64,000 nucleotides of DNA from Savitreella phatthalungensis. Its lineage: Eukaryota. The stretch covers positions 434,001 through 498,000 of the forward strand of contig AP039692.1 in assembly GCA_051599415.1 (NCBI GenBank), read 5' to 3'. The translations under genes and the position numbers were made by a program. The notes beneath the pieces were generated by a model. The model was given only the letters and a program-made list of their open reading frames with translations. It did no database searches and had not been told where the DNA came from. Positions 47,101 through 56,399 of this stretch are shown here, in pieces (the stretch's first letter is position 1; each line of letters opens with the position of its first letter).

Positions 47101-49348
47101 CTTGCAGCAGCGGCAAGACTTCTTTGTAAAGAAGCTCAAAACGACCGCCACCGATACTGCGGAACAGTGCTCTCAAAAGAATGTAGTAATTTATCGGCGC
47201 AGCTGCTGTCGACGACAATTTGAGCGCCTGAACGATGATTCTCGCGAGATGAGGTTGCAGAATGACTTCGTTCTGGTCGGGATACATAGTGACGGCCATA
47301 AAGCACATTTTGAAGAGTCGCAGCAGCACAGAAGATCTCATAGAGTCCGCCGAGCCAAGTTCTTCGAGACGTTCGAGCAAGAAATGGAGGAGTAAACCCA
47401 TGAAGTTCGCCGAGACTGCGTCGTTGGTGAGAAAATATTGCGGAATGTGCAAGAGCGTGGCGTTCTGCAGAGTGGCCAGGAAGAAGTCGGGTAATGCATA
47501 TTCGAAAATTTCCTGAAACGAGGCTGGGTCGAGATGGATGAACACGGTGGCGAAAGTTTCAATAATGTCCTTTTCCTCGCGACTGACCGGAGCGGATATT
47601 GTTGAGGCAGTTAGCTCGCCCGTAGTGCCAAAAACACCAGAGGCTGCAGCAAAGGTCTCTATAGTTGCTGATTCGGATCTGTACGCGATCAATCCCCGAC
47701 AGCACTCTGCGAACAGGCTTCGGAAGGTGACAATGTCGGCAGCCTCGAGTCCACGCACGGAATCATTCCATTGTTGGGACAGTGCCGGAACGAGATTGGC
47801 CGGTATGTTTGGGTTACAGTTCTTCAGACCGAAGAGAATGGTCTTCAGACCGAAAATGAGATTTTTGAACAGAACCCGTGAATCTTTTGACACGTCAACA
47901 TCATTATCAGACGTGCCAGCTGCCACCGAGGATCCAATGGCGATGCCAAGTTCGCGCAAGTTGTGCCGAATTTCCTGCCAGTGACGGCCCTCTTGGCTAT
48001 GCTCATTCATATTCAAACTCTCGAGCTTTGCGGCGAATCCTTCAAGAATGAGCATGAGCAGATGTCTGGCCTCCGATTGAGCCTGAATCTTCATGATGCG
48101 ATCAATCATGTTCAAAAGCAGCTTTGCAGACATAGTCTGAATGCTAATAGCCAGGGATGGGTCGAGAAGGTTGCGATTGTAAATTGTGATAGCATGTCGT
48201 ATTTGAGGTGTTGTCAGATCGTTGCGAATATGGTGTATGAGGTCTGCGAGCATACTATAGGCCAGTGGTCGGAGTGTTTCGCGACTCGTCACACCGGTGC
48301 CAATCAGCGTCGACTCGTCAAGCAGAGCAGAGATGACGGGCACAAAGGCAGTGCGGAAATCCGTCGAGAGAATATGTCTGGTAGCGACGAGCAGCTCCTT
48401 TCGCGCCGGCGACATTTGAGGTGGACAGTCACGAAGGAGTCGTATCACGAATACTGGTATTACTGAAGCATATCGCCTCATGAAGGTAGTGAACCCGCGC
48501 AAAACGTAGGCGAGGAACGATAAGGTTTTGATTTGCGCCAAGATAAAGTCACCGAACATCGGACTCATCAGTAGCATCTTCCTGTGAGCTCTCGAGGATG
48601 TCGGCGAATTCGGCTGTTCTGAGGATGCTTGGCTCCCGGCTTTGAGTCCGAGCATCTCAACGATAGCGGGCGTAAAAGCCAGAAGGTTTGGCTGTACTAT
48701 CTGACGATATGTCGAGAAGAGCAACACAATAATGATGGGACATTCAGTCAGGACCTTGAAACTCTTCATACCCTGCTGCAGCGGCCGATCTATAGCTTCC
48801 CCGCCTTCGATTGTCTTCTCTTCGTTGCTGGACATCTCAACTCCAGCAGCGGTTCGTAGTGATGAGTCCTTTAAATCCACGTCGAAGACTTCTTTCACTG
48901 TTCCCGGCATGTTCTTATAGATCTGAAGCACGGTGTCGAGGAATGGCTGCACAAACTCCTCGATACTGTTTTTGAAAGTCTTGTGCAAATCAATGAAGAA
49001 CTTCAGACACAAGCAGGCAATCTCTTCATTGTCCTCCTTAATCAGCTGTACAAGCTGTCCCATGACGATCTTGAGTTGCTGCTTGAAGGCTTGGTCAAAT
49101 GGCAATCTTTGGAGTACTTCGAGAGCCACCATTCGCAGCTTCTGAACCGCATCATTGGATCGAAAGACTGGTTTGGAGGTCTGCAAGACAGCCAGAACAG
49201 ATGTCACCACCTTTTCGAGGCTCGCAGAAGAATTGTTGTCGCCTGAATCAGGAATACCTGCGTGCTGCGTCGCTTTGAGATCGTTCAAAATGCCCAGCTT
49301 GATTGCGACATCGAGACTGTCTGACTGCAGCTCATCTAGCCTATCCAT
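38108..49348 (-). CDS. TRA1: Transcription-associated PIKK pseudokinase Tra1/TRRAP (SAGA/NuA4)
   Basis: 3746-aa uninterrupted ORF. HEAT region (RKELLVATRHIL, ELCLTVPVRLS), FAT domain, PI3K-like domain (ARHCRREER, EAVPFRFTP), FATC end MDQLWSPWL. Confidence 0.97.
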   Translation of the reverse strand: MDRLDELQSDSLDVAIKLGILNDLKATQHAGIPDSGDNNSSASLEKVVTSVLAVLQTSKPVFRSNDAVQKLRMVALEVLQRLPFDQAFKQQLKIVMGQLVQLIKEDNEEIACLCLKFFIDLHKTFKNSIEEFVQPFLDTVLQIYKNMPGTVKEVFDVDLKDSSLRTAAGVEMSSNEEKTIEGGEAIDRPLQQGMKSFKVLTECPIIIVLLFSTYRQIVQPNLLAFTPAIVEMLGLKAGSQASSEQPNSPTSSRAHRKMLLMSPMFGDFILAQIKTLSFLAYVLRGFTTFMRRYASVIPVFVIRLLRDCPPQMSPARKELLVATRHILSTDFRTAFVPVISALLDESTLIGTGVTSRETLRPLAYSMLADLIHHIRNDLTTPQIRHAITIYNRNLLDPSLAISIQTMSAKLLLNMIDRIMKIQAQSEARHLLMLILEGFAAKLESLNMNEHSQEGRHWQEIRHNLRELGIAIGSSVAAGTSDNDVDVSKDSRVLFKNLIFGLKTILFGLKNCNPNIPANLVPALSQQWNDSVRGLEAADIVTFRSLFAECCRGLIAYRSESATIETFAAASGVFGTTGELTASTISAPVSREEKDIIETFATVFIHLDPASFQEIFEYALPDFFLATLQNATLLHIPQYFLTNDAVSANFMGLLLHFLLERLEELGSADSMRSSVLLRLFKMCFMAVTMYPDQNEVILQPHLARIIVQALKLSSTAAAPINYYILLRALFRSIGGGRFELLYKEVLPLLQVLLESLNTLLQSARKQQEKELYVELCLTVPVRLSVLLPYLSYLMRPLVIALRAGPDLVTQGMRTLELCIDNLTQEFMDPILAPVLNDLMSALWSHLRPLPHSHHHSHPAVRILGKMGGRNRRFLEEAQKFEYNEDEADLPSVAIEVLGSETLLSLRWTRFQPLCIKTLGDHRSDDAYKLRAFNVLATTVKLFLAHGCSESCDSSILRKMALQVIEPAAIRNPSAVVRATQDEPVARGVVQKVRAQEEVFREALGGVFLALSCNVLVDEARSIIRGATSHFAILHLYQSHVQMARKRMDFSIDMVDDSLFLDANVYNAVLVDAMSSEVSDVRDGARAAMQDMLASAIAIVGDANRAAELPVFASLTARFCHQCFEEQWHRKAGGVAGLAYLAKNLDLGTTWARAHHLEVIKALLFVVKDIPAEVATLCVDEAIGLVLYVVKVCYKESKPDDHTGTPLVGLLITELSNPNGRVRSTAQTLLQSLSECTSASIESILKPVQERLLTPIFTKPLRALPFAMQIGHIDAITFCLGLERDFLPFNDELMRLLHEALALADAEDDALVSVNRTSQYKNTSALVNLRVVCIRLLTIAVTSPAFNQQQQAQSRGRIIATFFKSLYAKSPEVVETANKGLQKVLAQNNKLPKDLLQAGLRPILMNLSDHKRLSVPGLEGLARLLELLTNYFKVEIGRKLLDHLKAWADPGTLQQLAAKPLDDQQAVKVIAAIINIFHLLPSTAHMFMDDLVTATLELETHLRRTSRSPFRKALLVFLRRYPQETCAYFKAKISNVKLSNFLVGLFDEAEDDGLRATLDGELEALMKIITTSAAGKSLAARRELQLISRLSVVLARHGCEHATASTHWQDLIKIYVDLSRVEATEDIESHRSLHASRRNLVDYSLALLKRFPNDVQRAFAILTAPVQLGLLTTDSIENHFIGFICRKGDQDDQAALLSLCIDAFPDKELAEEIRIKLFQLVINPLLLLHRHDSDSFIDTAVVERIHAKVWRVALADFSEDAICSSDLVKLEILQMSTLFIRFYPDLLADIRKDIIKFAWNYIKLDDVTTKNAAYVFISFFIAAFDTPAKIAAQIFVALLRAGQPEARLLVRQALDTLAPVLSSRIPATDPSGAAGWIKYPRKVLAEENNLQQLFPVLHFLVRQAEIFRPERAALVPQIIGLLPKLGLSANASAEARALSLDLATIVLDWNVESKDAQREANDGDAMETDVTATNDEVAPSDEQAGSIVNMLIRQALTSTDPSKTTTRARIIELASRYFSSQKAALNVVDRSLFEAPLNDIEEKEPATAVVAVQVLDVFIRVLPVSELLANAQQYIVLLENCLRSPTLVRHEATARVFMRLLACAPPTDDESAMEDGFNMSSKLVQLLQEHLQTGVSLLALMPIVKHLAAHREDLLDMITGSLMKTFNTLVREHISIRPVPPSLTTAPTALAGSSAAAPGTIVATPGPTQPAALNSTMDSGNATSIDQETTCQLILDLIDVLKTRISQLGDQRRFYLAALSQLIDKSPSYEICSQILELITDVVVRKKDVLPTIKEKVTLLLKMLSFEHRSDSRLINQFLELIITIYQDPSIARTELTVRLEQAFLMGTRAHDFKVRSTFMNIFNSSMSRSVHTRFNYIFNVQSWETLANYFWISQASHLLAGSIATDRSITLELTSCRFRTDVASRLSGASAAMSDNPDDEDEEMMEDDKLENFLNEHAQHLERITRTRAGDLVDSICDLQYLDPHAGHMLWCTIMPIAWSAMGRKDRQESSRAITIQLSKEYNLRQVERRPNVIQTILTAVSSCVPTVSLPPHLLKYLGKTFNAWFPAMELLERSAVSADLNEVSHDLKDSTIDALTELYASLCEEDMFYGLWRRRCRYLETNAAISYEQNGMWDKSQQMYEAAQIKARTGVLPFSESEYALWEDHWVLCAQKLQQWDVLTDLAKQEGYSDLLLECAWRVSDWTSDREPLEASIKTLMDVPTPRRYIFDAFMTLQKTQAKLESIQEFHRICDDGMQLALRKWHQLPPMVSQTHLPLLQAFQQFVELHEASQIYHSLANTTAQNLEAKSHELKHILQTWRERLPNFCDDINSWSDLVAWRQLIFASINRVYLPLVPTLQASNAAAASTNATSFAYRGYHETAWIINRFAHVARKHQLPEVCINQLTKIYTLPNIEIQEAFLKLREQAKCHFQNPNELGMGLEVISNTNLMYFGTQQKAEFFTLKGMFLAKMKLNDEANQAFATAIQIDLMLPKAWAEWGQYSDRLFQEDPTELTKAGNAVSCYLQAAGLYKNGRARKMLSRVLWLLSLDDSHGTISGAFDSYKGEVPTWYWITFIPQLLTSLSHKEARHARQILIRIAKTFPQALHFQLRTTKEDYAVIKKQAAAAAASAAASKSDASKSDPAPNASAHSTIATTTSGATPGASNNGLASATGVAGSGVTSSQTKSQDVPLSANAASIITKKENGANAASLASHSPRPTAALQNRQPWEHEIMAILKTAYPLLALSMETLVDQIQQRFKCQADEDAYRLIVALLNDGVQYIGRLGSVTEDTKLPPATQANITRFADSVLPKNIKAAFEKEFVQEKPNLQDYVSKLRKWRDKFEMILDRRSTKQQLEQFSSYLSEFQYQKFDEVEIPGQYLQHRDNNNDFVRIDRFMPTLDVVRGHGICYRRITIRGHDGSLHPFAIQYPAARHCRREERIIQLFRILSGVLSRRKESRKRGLTFNLPAAVPLAPHIRIVQDDPAYISLQSIYEDYCAHAKQHKDEPLRLAADRISKLGELANNKQELIKAKVDVLEEIRRELIPDTLVLDFFKQSFAAYSDFWRFRKHFSLQYASLTFMTYVMNINNRFPHKLFISRRNGLVWGTEILPGMAQNNPVFHNGEAVPFRFTPTISTLMGSIGVEGVYSCAIMAIARCLTEPAFELDQHLSIFVRDELITWFTQQHRPVTQETQLREKVAANVDLIVRRASSLSQVAQGNLPAHQTIIDLISQSVSPRNLAQMDQLWSPWL

Positions 49349-49854
49349 CGCATAGCAAGCGCGTCCGGTCTGCTTGCGGGTCGATCCTCCACTTTGTCGC
49401 TCAAGCTGCAGATCAGACTGTTCAGGTAGAGGATATCACAGCGGGATGCTAGTACAGGCACTGTCTGACTGACACGCTGCTGTTTAACCTGCGATCTTGC
49501 GAATCGCGCTCCTTGTATACCTACAGGAACGCTCTGCAGGAGAGGCAAGTTTTTGATTGTCGTGCTTCTCGCAGAGCCGCGATGTTGTGCACAAACACAG
49601 AAAGGCATATATACGCACGTACCTACGTACGTGCATGCTTCCAATGATCGATGCATGAATTGCGGATGGCGCGTTTCGAAATTTCAGCGGAGCTCCTCCG
49701 AGCTTGACTAGCAATAAACATGTAGCTAGCTAGGTTCACATAATTTGCGCAAAACGCTGGAGACCTAATGTAGATCCCGGCTTGCACAGAGTATTCTGCG
49801 ACATGTCCGATACTGTCGACGCGATCTGGCTTCACACTCGCATCCGAGTTTGCC

Positions 49855-49890
49855 CATTCATCCGCTTGCTGCATTCATCCGCTTGCTGCA
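49855..49890 (+). repeat. Exact 17-bp tandem duplication (cattcatccgcttgctg x2)
   Basis: Read directly, upstream of TRA1. Confidence 0.9.
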
Positions 49891-50425
49891 ATGAGATCGT
49901 CAACAGTGTGGCACAAGAGAATAAGATTGGCTTCTAAGCGTTCGTGCCGAACTATTCCGAACCAAAAATACAGCTGGTCACTTGGGAGCTCTTCAATCTG
50001 ACTTCAGAATTCTTGTCCACGCCGGCATGGTTGCGATATTGGTTGATCGCTACTGAGGCCTGGTCCCGTGTGATGTAGCATACCATCGACGTTGTTGCAG
50101 CGAAAGAGGCAAGAGACCTGCGGGTTCTGACACGCACAATCTGAAGAGCTTGCCTCTGTGTAGACAAATGCTGTCCATGACTTCATACACTTCGGGATAG
50201 AAATTATGTCTAGGACGGGAAAAATCCTTCGCTTTGTGAGCCAGCAACGCAGCCGCTCCATCCTGTCCACTTCGACTCTATGCTGAGGAAGAGATTACGC
50301 AAGCCCACTGCGGATCTCGTAGAGTCTCGTCAGAGACACAAGGCCGCGCGTAGGGACGTTCAAATTCTAGACTTTGTTTTCTCCTTACCATCGTCATAGC
50401 CAAACCACCTGCAGATCACGGGTTT

Positions 50426-51814
50426 TCAAAAATCGACATAAGAGTAACGTTGCGCGTCGTTTCCCTGAGGCGTTTGGATGTTCGGACGACGGGCCCCGGC
50501 ATCGCGCATCGGTGGCATGTGCTGTGACATTCTGCTAGCACCGGATGTAGTGGGGTAAGGGGGCTGCGCGGGACGAGACTCTGTCAATGGCCGGCGCACA
50601 TAGCCAGTCTGCGGCGTCGGAAGTGTCTGCGAGGGATGCTCGGAATATTCAGAAGATAATGAGGATGAACGGCCGAGCCCTGCGCTCATCGCACCTGTCG
50701 GCCCAAGGACGGCACTGACGTCGGGTTTGCCGCCATGATTCGAGCCAGCGGCTTGACCAGTCCCGCCCTTATCTGCATAAAGTGAGTCGTCGTCGGGACT
50801 ACCGGGAATTGGCGTGTCGAGCTGATCACGGGCAAAAGCAGGGATCGTTGGTTCCTCAAGCGCATCGCTTTGCCGACTGCTTCGTCTCGGCGCGACTCCC
50901 GAAACAATGAGACCTCCAGTGGCGGCTGCGGCCACAGTGCTGGCGCTCGCTGCTGCTGAGCCACTGCTTCCAGGATTTGCGCTAGGACGTGAGGTGACCT
51001 CAGGAGGCACTCCGTTTGACATAGCAGAGGCACCAGTAGCGGTGTGAGAAAGTGCGGAGAAGCCATTGCCATTGGATATGGACGAGTTACGATGTTGTCC
51101 TCCCCAGCCCCGGTATCCACCCGTATCCGAGCTCTGGCCATACCTGGTTTGTACCCCGCTTGCACCAAGAGCGGCTGCTCCAGCGGAAGCCCCAATGCCG
51201 GCAGGAACAGGTGCCATTCCTTCCGGCCCGTCATTAATATTGAAATTGTAAGCATCAGCTTCAGCTTTTCGAGCCGCCAGGTTGTCCATCGACCTTCTCC
51301 GACGACGGTAGAACAGGAAGAGCAGCAAAGCGGCGATAGCAATCACGCCAACAGGAATCGCAACAGCAAGAGCTATTGTGCCGCCCGTGCCCAGCCCTGA
51401 TTTTGTACTCTGGTTGGAGCTGCTGACAACGGTAGCAGATCCCGAAGGCCGCGCGCTCGTCGTCGAGGTTGCGGTCGTCAGTGGAGTCGTTGCCGACACA
51501 GTGCTTGTCTCAAAAACAATCACTGGCGTCTGCGTCGTACCATCTTGCTGAGAAGATGTGATTGTGACGAAAACAATGCTTTGTGATGGAGTTGTAGCTG
51601 CAATCGTCGAGCTCGTAGTCGGCGTAGATGAAGTCGTGGACAGGGCGGACGTTGTCGGTGTGGTCGAAGTCGTGGTGAATACTCCGTTGCCAGGAATGCC
51701 AGATGTAGATCCCACTTGAGCCGTATTCGTTGTCCGCACAGCGGTTGCTAATGCCGTTGACGACGTTGTCGGCAATCCAGTGATAATCACTGAGCCAGAT
51801 GTCAGCGTGGCCAT
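50426..51814 (-). CDS. Ser/Thr-rich single-pass membrane protein (Mid2/Mtl-like cell-wall sensor)
   Basis: Ser/Thr-rich N-terminus, GLGTGGTIALAVAIPVGVIAIAALLLFLFY TM segment, RRRRR stop-transfer, disordered tail. Confidence 0.8.
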   Translation of the reverse strand: MATLTSGSVIITGLPTTSSTALATAVRTTNTAQVGSTSGIPGNGVFTTTSTTPTTSALSTTSSTPTTSSTIAATTPSQSIVFVTITSSQQDGTTQTPVIVFETSTVSATTPLTTATSTTSARPSGSATVVSSSNQSTKSGLGTGGTIALAVAIPVGVIAIAALLLFLFYRRRRRSMDNLAARKAEADAYNFNINDGPEGMAPVPAGIGASAGAAALGASGVQTRYGQSSDTGGYRGWGGQHRNSSISNGNGFSALSHTATGASAMSNGVPPEVTSRPSANPGSSGSAAASASTVAAAATGGLIVSGVAPRRSSRQSDALEEPTIPAFARDQLDTPIPGSPDDDSLYADKGGTGQAAGSNHGGKPDVSAVLGPTGAMSAGLGRSSSLSSEYSEHPSQTLPTPQTGYVRRPLTESRPAQPPYPTTSGASRMSQHMPPMRDAGARRPNIQTPQGNDAQRYSYVDF

Positions 51815-53132
51815 GGTCGTCGCTTTACGATCGCCCTGCTGGGCTGATATGGCAATATTTGACTGCGTTGTCGACCTTCGGCAATGCAGCTATGCGAGAA
51901 CCCCTAAAACTTGTGTTCACACAGGGTATGCGAACACCAGAATGTTTCGTGGAAGGAAAGGTGATCGACGCCGGTGCTCTTTGCCAGGTCGTGCTAAATA
52001 CGCGGTGACTCGTTCCAAGCTTGCCGTTCTTGCTTCACTGCGTTGAGATTCGTGATCAGTTACCGGGCTCACGCCGCATTTAATTGACAGACCTGCCTTG
52101 GAACTTGGAATTCTCAGAGGGCTGGCTTCTCAATCGAGAAGTTGGAAACCCACCAAATCGATGCCGCAGCGTACAAAAGACACCGAAGCTGAAAGTGAGC
52201 GCACAATCTAGCATGCTCGAGATCTGAAATGTGGTCAACTCGCTCAGCGTGGGGTGAATACATGGCATTGACTTTAGCCGTATCAAATGGCGGCTGGAAG
52301 CCGATCTTACGGCAAGTACTATTTATAGCACAAGACACGTGCGAGCAGGTCGCGCGATGCGAAGCTTGATTGGCCCTCTCGACTCTGTAGTCTAACCTTC
52401 TTCTGCCGCTCTTTCAAACACGCAGCATCGCGATACAGCTCGAAAGTACATCATAAGGACAGCCTCTGCCTCGAGCTCTCCTTTCACGCCGCTGTTTGCG
52501 TGTGGGTATCCACTCTGCAAAACCCTTTCGTGCGATAGCGGACAATCGTCAGCCGTGCAGAGCTTGCCAATTCGGCTTTGATCCGGACAGAGAGCTTAGA
52601 AACCGATGAAGTAGCATGACCTTGTGTATGACGAATTTTGACGCTTATAAGTTTTGCTCAGGCCTCTAACGAGGCTGACTGGCAGGTGTGGAATGACCGT
52701 TCCAGTGACAGTAGTGTACGACAGTAGTGTACGACTGGAAGACCCATGTGCAAGCAGCCAGGAAGGGTCGGCACACCTGAGATCGCAGTGGATACCTTCA
52801 GAGATCTGGGCAATGCTCATGTGATCGCCACACTGTGGCTGTGCCTCGATCCGCGCCCACTTAGAATCCGAATCTGAGACCAATACCAGAGTACGTGAAC
52901 CAAATCGCTATGCACAGTCGACGATGATCTGACCCTTCGCAGCAACTTGAATCGAGCGACCCCCCTCGCGAGTGTGTCGGCGAACATTTCCCAGCTTCGC
53001 TGCGTTTGTGTGCAGCAGATCTAGAGCGGCTAATCTTGGGCGCGTGCGCGTAGAGAAGTGGACGTGGGGAAGCGCACAACACACTCGTCACCCTCCGAGG
53101 ACGCGTTACGCGTCACTGCGCGACGAGACACC

Positions 53133-56100
53133 ATGGAATCTATACTTGACTTTGAGAGGGAGTTGGATGTAGCTCTTCTGGATCGAATCGTGCAGGTCTT
53201 CTTCTCCGGCTCAGGCAATGAGCAGAAGCAGGCACAAAAAGTTTTGACACAGTTCCAAGAGCATCCGAACGCATGGACAAAGGTGGACGCTATTCTCGAA
53301 ACGAGCAACAATCCACAAGCAAAATTCATCGCCTTGAGCGTACTTGACAAACTCATCAACACGAGATGGAAGATCCTGCCAAAGGAACAATGCCAAGGGA
53401 TTCGGAACTACATCGTCGCCGTCATGATCAAGACTTCGAGCGACGAAGCCGTGATGCATCGCGAGCGTACGTACTTGAACAAGCTCAACCTCACCCTAGT
53501 CGCCATTCTCAAACAAGACTGGCCAAAGAACTGGCCAACTTTCATACCGGAGATCGTGCAAGCAAGCAAGACAAATCTTTCGCTGTGCGAGAACAACATG
53601 GCTGTCCTGAAGCTACTTTCGGAAGAGGTCTTTGACTACAGTGCCGAGCAGATGACTCAGCAGAAGATCAAGCATTTAAAGGACCAGATGTGCAGCGAGT
53701 TCTCCGAGATCTTCCAGCTTTGTTCAGAAATTCTCGAACGGGCAAACAAAGCCAGCTTGATTCGAGCAACGCTTGAGACCCTGCTGCGATTTCTCAACTG
53801 GATACCGCTTGGGTATATTTTTGGTACTCGTATCATTGACACCCTGCGTGAACGTTTTCTCGAAGTTCCTGAATTCCGCAACGTCACTTTAAAGTGCTTG
53901 ACGGAGATCGCGAGCCTCCAGGTAACGGATCAATACGACGGCAAATTCGTTTTGATGCTTCAAATGGTCATGCAATCGATTGGGAACATCATTCCGTTGA
54001 GCACTGAGTTCAAGACCGCCTACGAAGACGCCAATTCACAGGACCAGGATACGATTCAGAACTTGGCGCTATTCTTGTCTACCTTTCTAACGACCCACGT
54101 CAAGCTTGTCGAGGATCAAGCACACAGGGATCTGTTGTTGACGGCGCATTTCTACCTCGTTAAGATCTCCACAGTGGATGAGCGTGAAATTTTCAAGATC
54201 TGCCTCGAGTATTGGGGCAAACTCGTTGCAGAGCTCTACGAGGAAATACAACAACTACCTATTACGGACATGAACCCGCTAATGACGATGAACCTTTCGG
54301 CCGGTCTGGCGAATGGAGGCGCTGCGCATCCAAACCTACTCGCCAATATGCCCTTACGCAAGCACATCTACGCGGAGGTGTTATCGAATCTGCGTGTCGT
54401 CATGATAGAGAAGATGGTCAAGCCTGAGGAAGTGATGATCGTCGAGAACGATGAAGGCGAGATTGTGCGCGAATTTGTGAAGGAGTCCGACACAATTACG
54501 CTTTACAAGACGATGCGAGAGTGTCTCGTTTATCTTACTCACCTCGACGTCATCGATACAGAGATGATAATGTCTGAAAAACTTGCCCGCCAAGTTGACG
54601 AGAGTGAGTGGTCATGGCATAATCTCAACACGCTGTGCTGGGCGATCGGTTCGATCTCTGGCGCAATGAACGAGGAAACCGAGAAGCGCTTCCTCGTAAC
54701 GGTCATTAAAGATCTCCTAGGTCTCACGGAGATGAAGCGCGGCAAGGACAACAAAGCCGTATGCGCGTCAAATATCATGTACATCGTTGGGCAATATCCT
54801 CGTTTCCTCAAGGCCCACTGGAAGTTCCTTAAGACTGTTGTTAATAAGCTTTTCGAGTTCATGCACGAAACGCACGAAGGAGTACAGGACATGGCTTGCG
54901 ACACCTTCATCAAGATTGCGCAGAAGTGTAAGCGCCATTTTGTCGCCCAGCAGACAGGTGAGCACGAGCCATTCATCGACGAGATTGTACGCAATCTCCA
55001 CAAGATTACCTGTGACCTTTCGCCGCAGCAAATCCACACATTCTACGAGGCTTGCGGCCACATGATTTCGGCACAACCGCAGAAAGCCATACAGGAGCGT
55101 CTCATCGCAGATTTGATGGCCCTACCAAATAGTGCTTGGGACAGCATCATTTCCTCGGCTAGCCAGAACATTGAGGTGCTGAACAACAACGAGACCATCA
55201 AAGTGCTTGGAAACGTGCTAAAGACAAACGTCGCTGCCTGTTGCGCGATTGGGGGCCATTTCTACCCACAGATCGCGCGCATCTTTCTGGATCTGCTCAG
55301 TCTGTACAAAGCAGTCAGCCAGGTCATCTCCGATACCGTTGCGCAGCAAGGTAACATCGCCACAAAGACGCCGCGGGTGCGGGCACTGAGGACGGTCAAA
55401 AAAGAGGTGCTCAAGCTGGTTGAAACATATGTGAGCTGCGCTGACGATCTAGAAGCGGTTGATAACAACCTAGTACCTCCGCTCTTCGAGGCAGTGTTGA
55501 GCGATTATCAACGCAACGTCCCTGATGCGCGCGATGCGGAGGTCTTGAACATGGTCGCGGTCATTGTTGGACGTTTGGGAGGTCTTACGACTGAGCGAGT
55601 GCCTGCGATCTTGGAAGCCGTCTTCGAGTGTACGCTGGATATGATCAACAAGGACTTTGCCGAATTCCCGGAACATCGTGCGGGCTTCTTCAAATTGCTT
55701 CGGGCTGTCAATCTGAATTGCTTCGAGGCATTACTCCGACTGCCCGCGGCGCAGTTCAAGCTTGTCATTGACAGCCTTTGTTGGGCATTCAAGCACACAA
55801 TGCGGGATATCGCTGACACGGGGCTCAACATCTGTCTCGAGCTGATCAACAACATCGCAGCGGCTGATACTCAAATCTCGAATGCTTTCTACCAGAGCTT
55901 CTTCTTGCCGCTTCTGCAGGACGTCTTCTTCGTCCTGACAGATAGTGATCACAAGGCTGGCTTCCGTCTACAGAGTGTCATTCTTGCTCGCATGTTTGGA
56001 CTTGTTGAGTCAAAACAGATTCAAGCACCACTGTATGACCCCAGTCAGGTCTCCAACCCGCACATGTCTAACGAGGAGTACCTCCGCGAATATGTGAGCA

Positions 56101-56375
56101 AGATCCTGCACAATGCGTTTCCTCACCTTCAACCGATACAGATCGAGCAATTTGTGCGTGGCCTGTTTGTCCTGCATCAGGACTTGAATCGCTTCAAGCT
56201 CAACTTGCGGGACTTTCTCATCAATATCAAAGAGTTCGCCGGCCCGGACGACGTCGAGCTATATCAGGAAGAGCGCGAAAACGAGCTCGAGGCGAAGCAG
56301 AAGGCTGAGCGTGAACGTGCGATGCAAGTTCCTGGTATTCTGAAACCTTCGCAGATAGACGAAGAAGAGCTGTAG
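53133..56375 (+). CDS. CRM1: Exportin-1
   Basis: MESILDF start, MVKPEEVMIVENDEGEIVRE, LNTLCWAIGSISGAM, HETHEGVQDMACDTF. Confidence 0.97.
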   Translation: MESILDFERELDVALLDRIVQVFFSGSGNEQKQAQKVLTQFQEHPNAWTKVDAILETSNNPQAKFIALSVLDKLINTRWKILPKEQCQGIRNYIVAVMIKTSSDEAVMHRERTYLNKLNLTLVAILKQDWPKNWPTFIPEIVQASKTNLSLCENNMAVLKLLSEEVFDYSAEQMTQQKIKHLKDQMCSEFSEIFQLCSEILERANKASLIRATLETLLRFLNWIPLGYIFGTRIIDTLRERFLEVPEFRNVTLKCLTEIASLQVTDQYDGKFVLMLQMVMQSIGNIIPLSTEFKTAYEDANSQDQDTIQNLALFLSTFLTTHVKLVEDQAHRDLLLTAHFYLVKISTVDEREIFKICLEYWGKLVAELYEEIQQLPITDMNPLMTMNLSAGLANGGAAHPNLLANMPLRKHIYAEVLSNLRVVMIEKMVKPEEVMIVENDEGEIVREFVKESDTITLYKTMRECLVYLTHLDVIDTEMIMSEKLARQVDESEWSWHNLNTLCWAIGSISGAMNEETEKRFLVTVIKDLLGLTEMKRGKDNKAVCASNIMYIVGQYPRFLKAHWKFLKTVVNKLFEFMHETHEGVQDMACDTFIKIAQKCKRHFVAQQTGEHEPFIDEIVRNLHKITCDLSPQQIHTFYEACGHMISAQPQKAIQERLIADLMALPNSAWDSIISSASQNIEVLNNNETIKVLGNVLKTNVAACCAIGGHFYPQIARIFLDLLSLYKAVSQVISDTVAQQGNIATKTPRVRALRTVKKEVLKLVETYVSCADDLEAVDNNLVPPLFEAVLSDYQRNVPDARDAEVLNMVAVIVGRLGGLTTERVPAILEAVFECTLDMINKDFAEFPEHRAGFFKLLRAVNLNCFEALLRLPAAQFKLVIDSLCWAFKHTMRDIADTGLNICLELINNIAAADTQISNAFYQSFFLPLLQDVFFVLTDSDHKAGFRLQSVILARMFGLVESKQIQAPLYDPSQVSNPHMSNEEYLREYVSKILHNAFPHLQPIQIEQFVRGLFVLHQDLNRFKLNLRDFLINIKEFAGPDDVELYQEERENELEAKQKAERERAMQVPGILKPSQIDEEEL

Positions 56376-56399
56376 TCTGAAATTTCAACGATATCGCTG

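Noticed and set aside
38173..49355. Many short antisense and alternate-frame ORFs over TRA1 and other large genes
   Set aside because: Shadow ORFs expected from codon bias.
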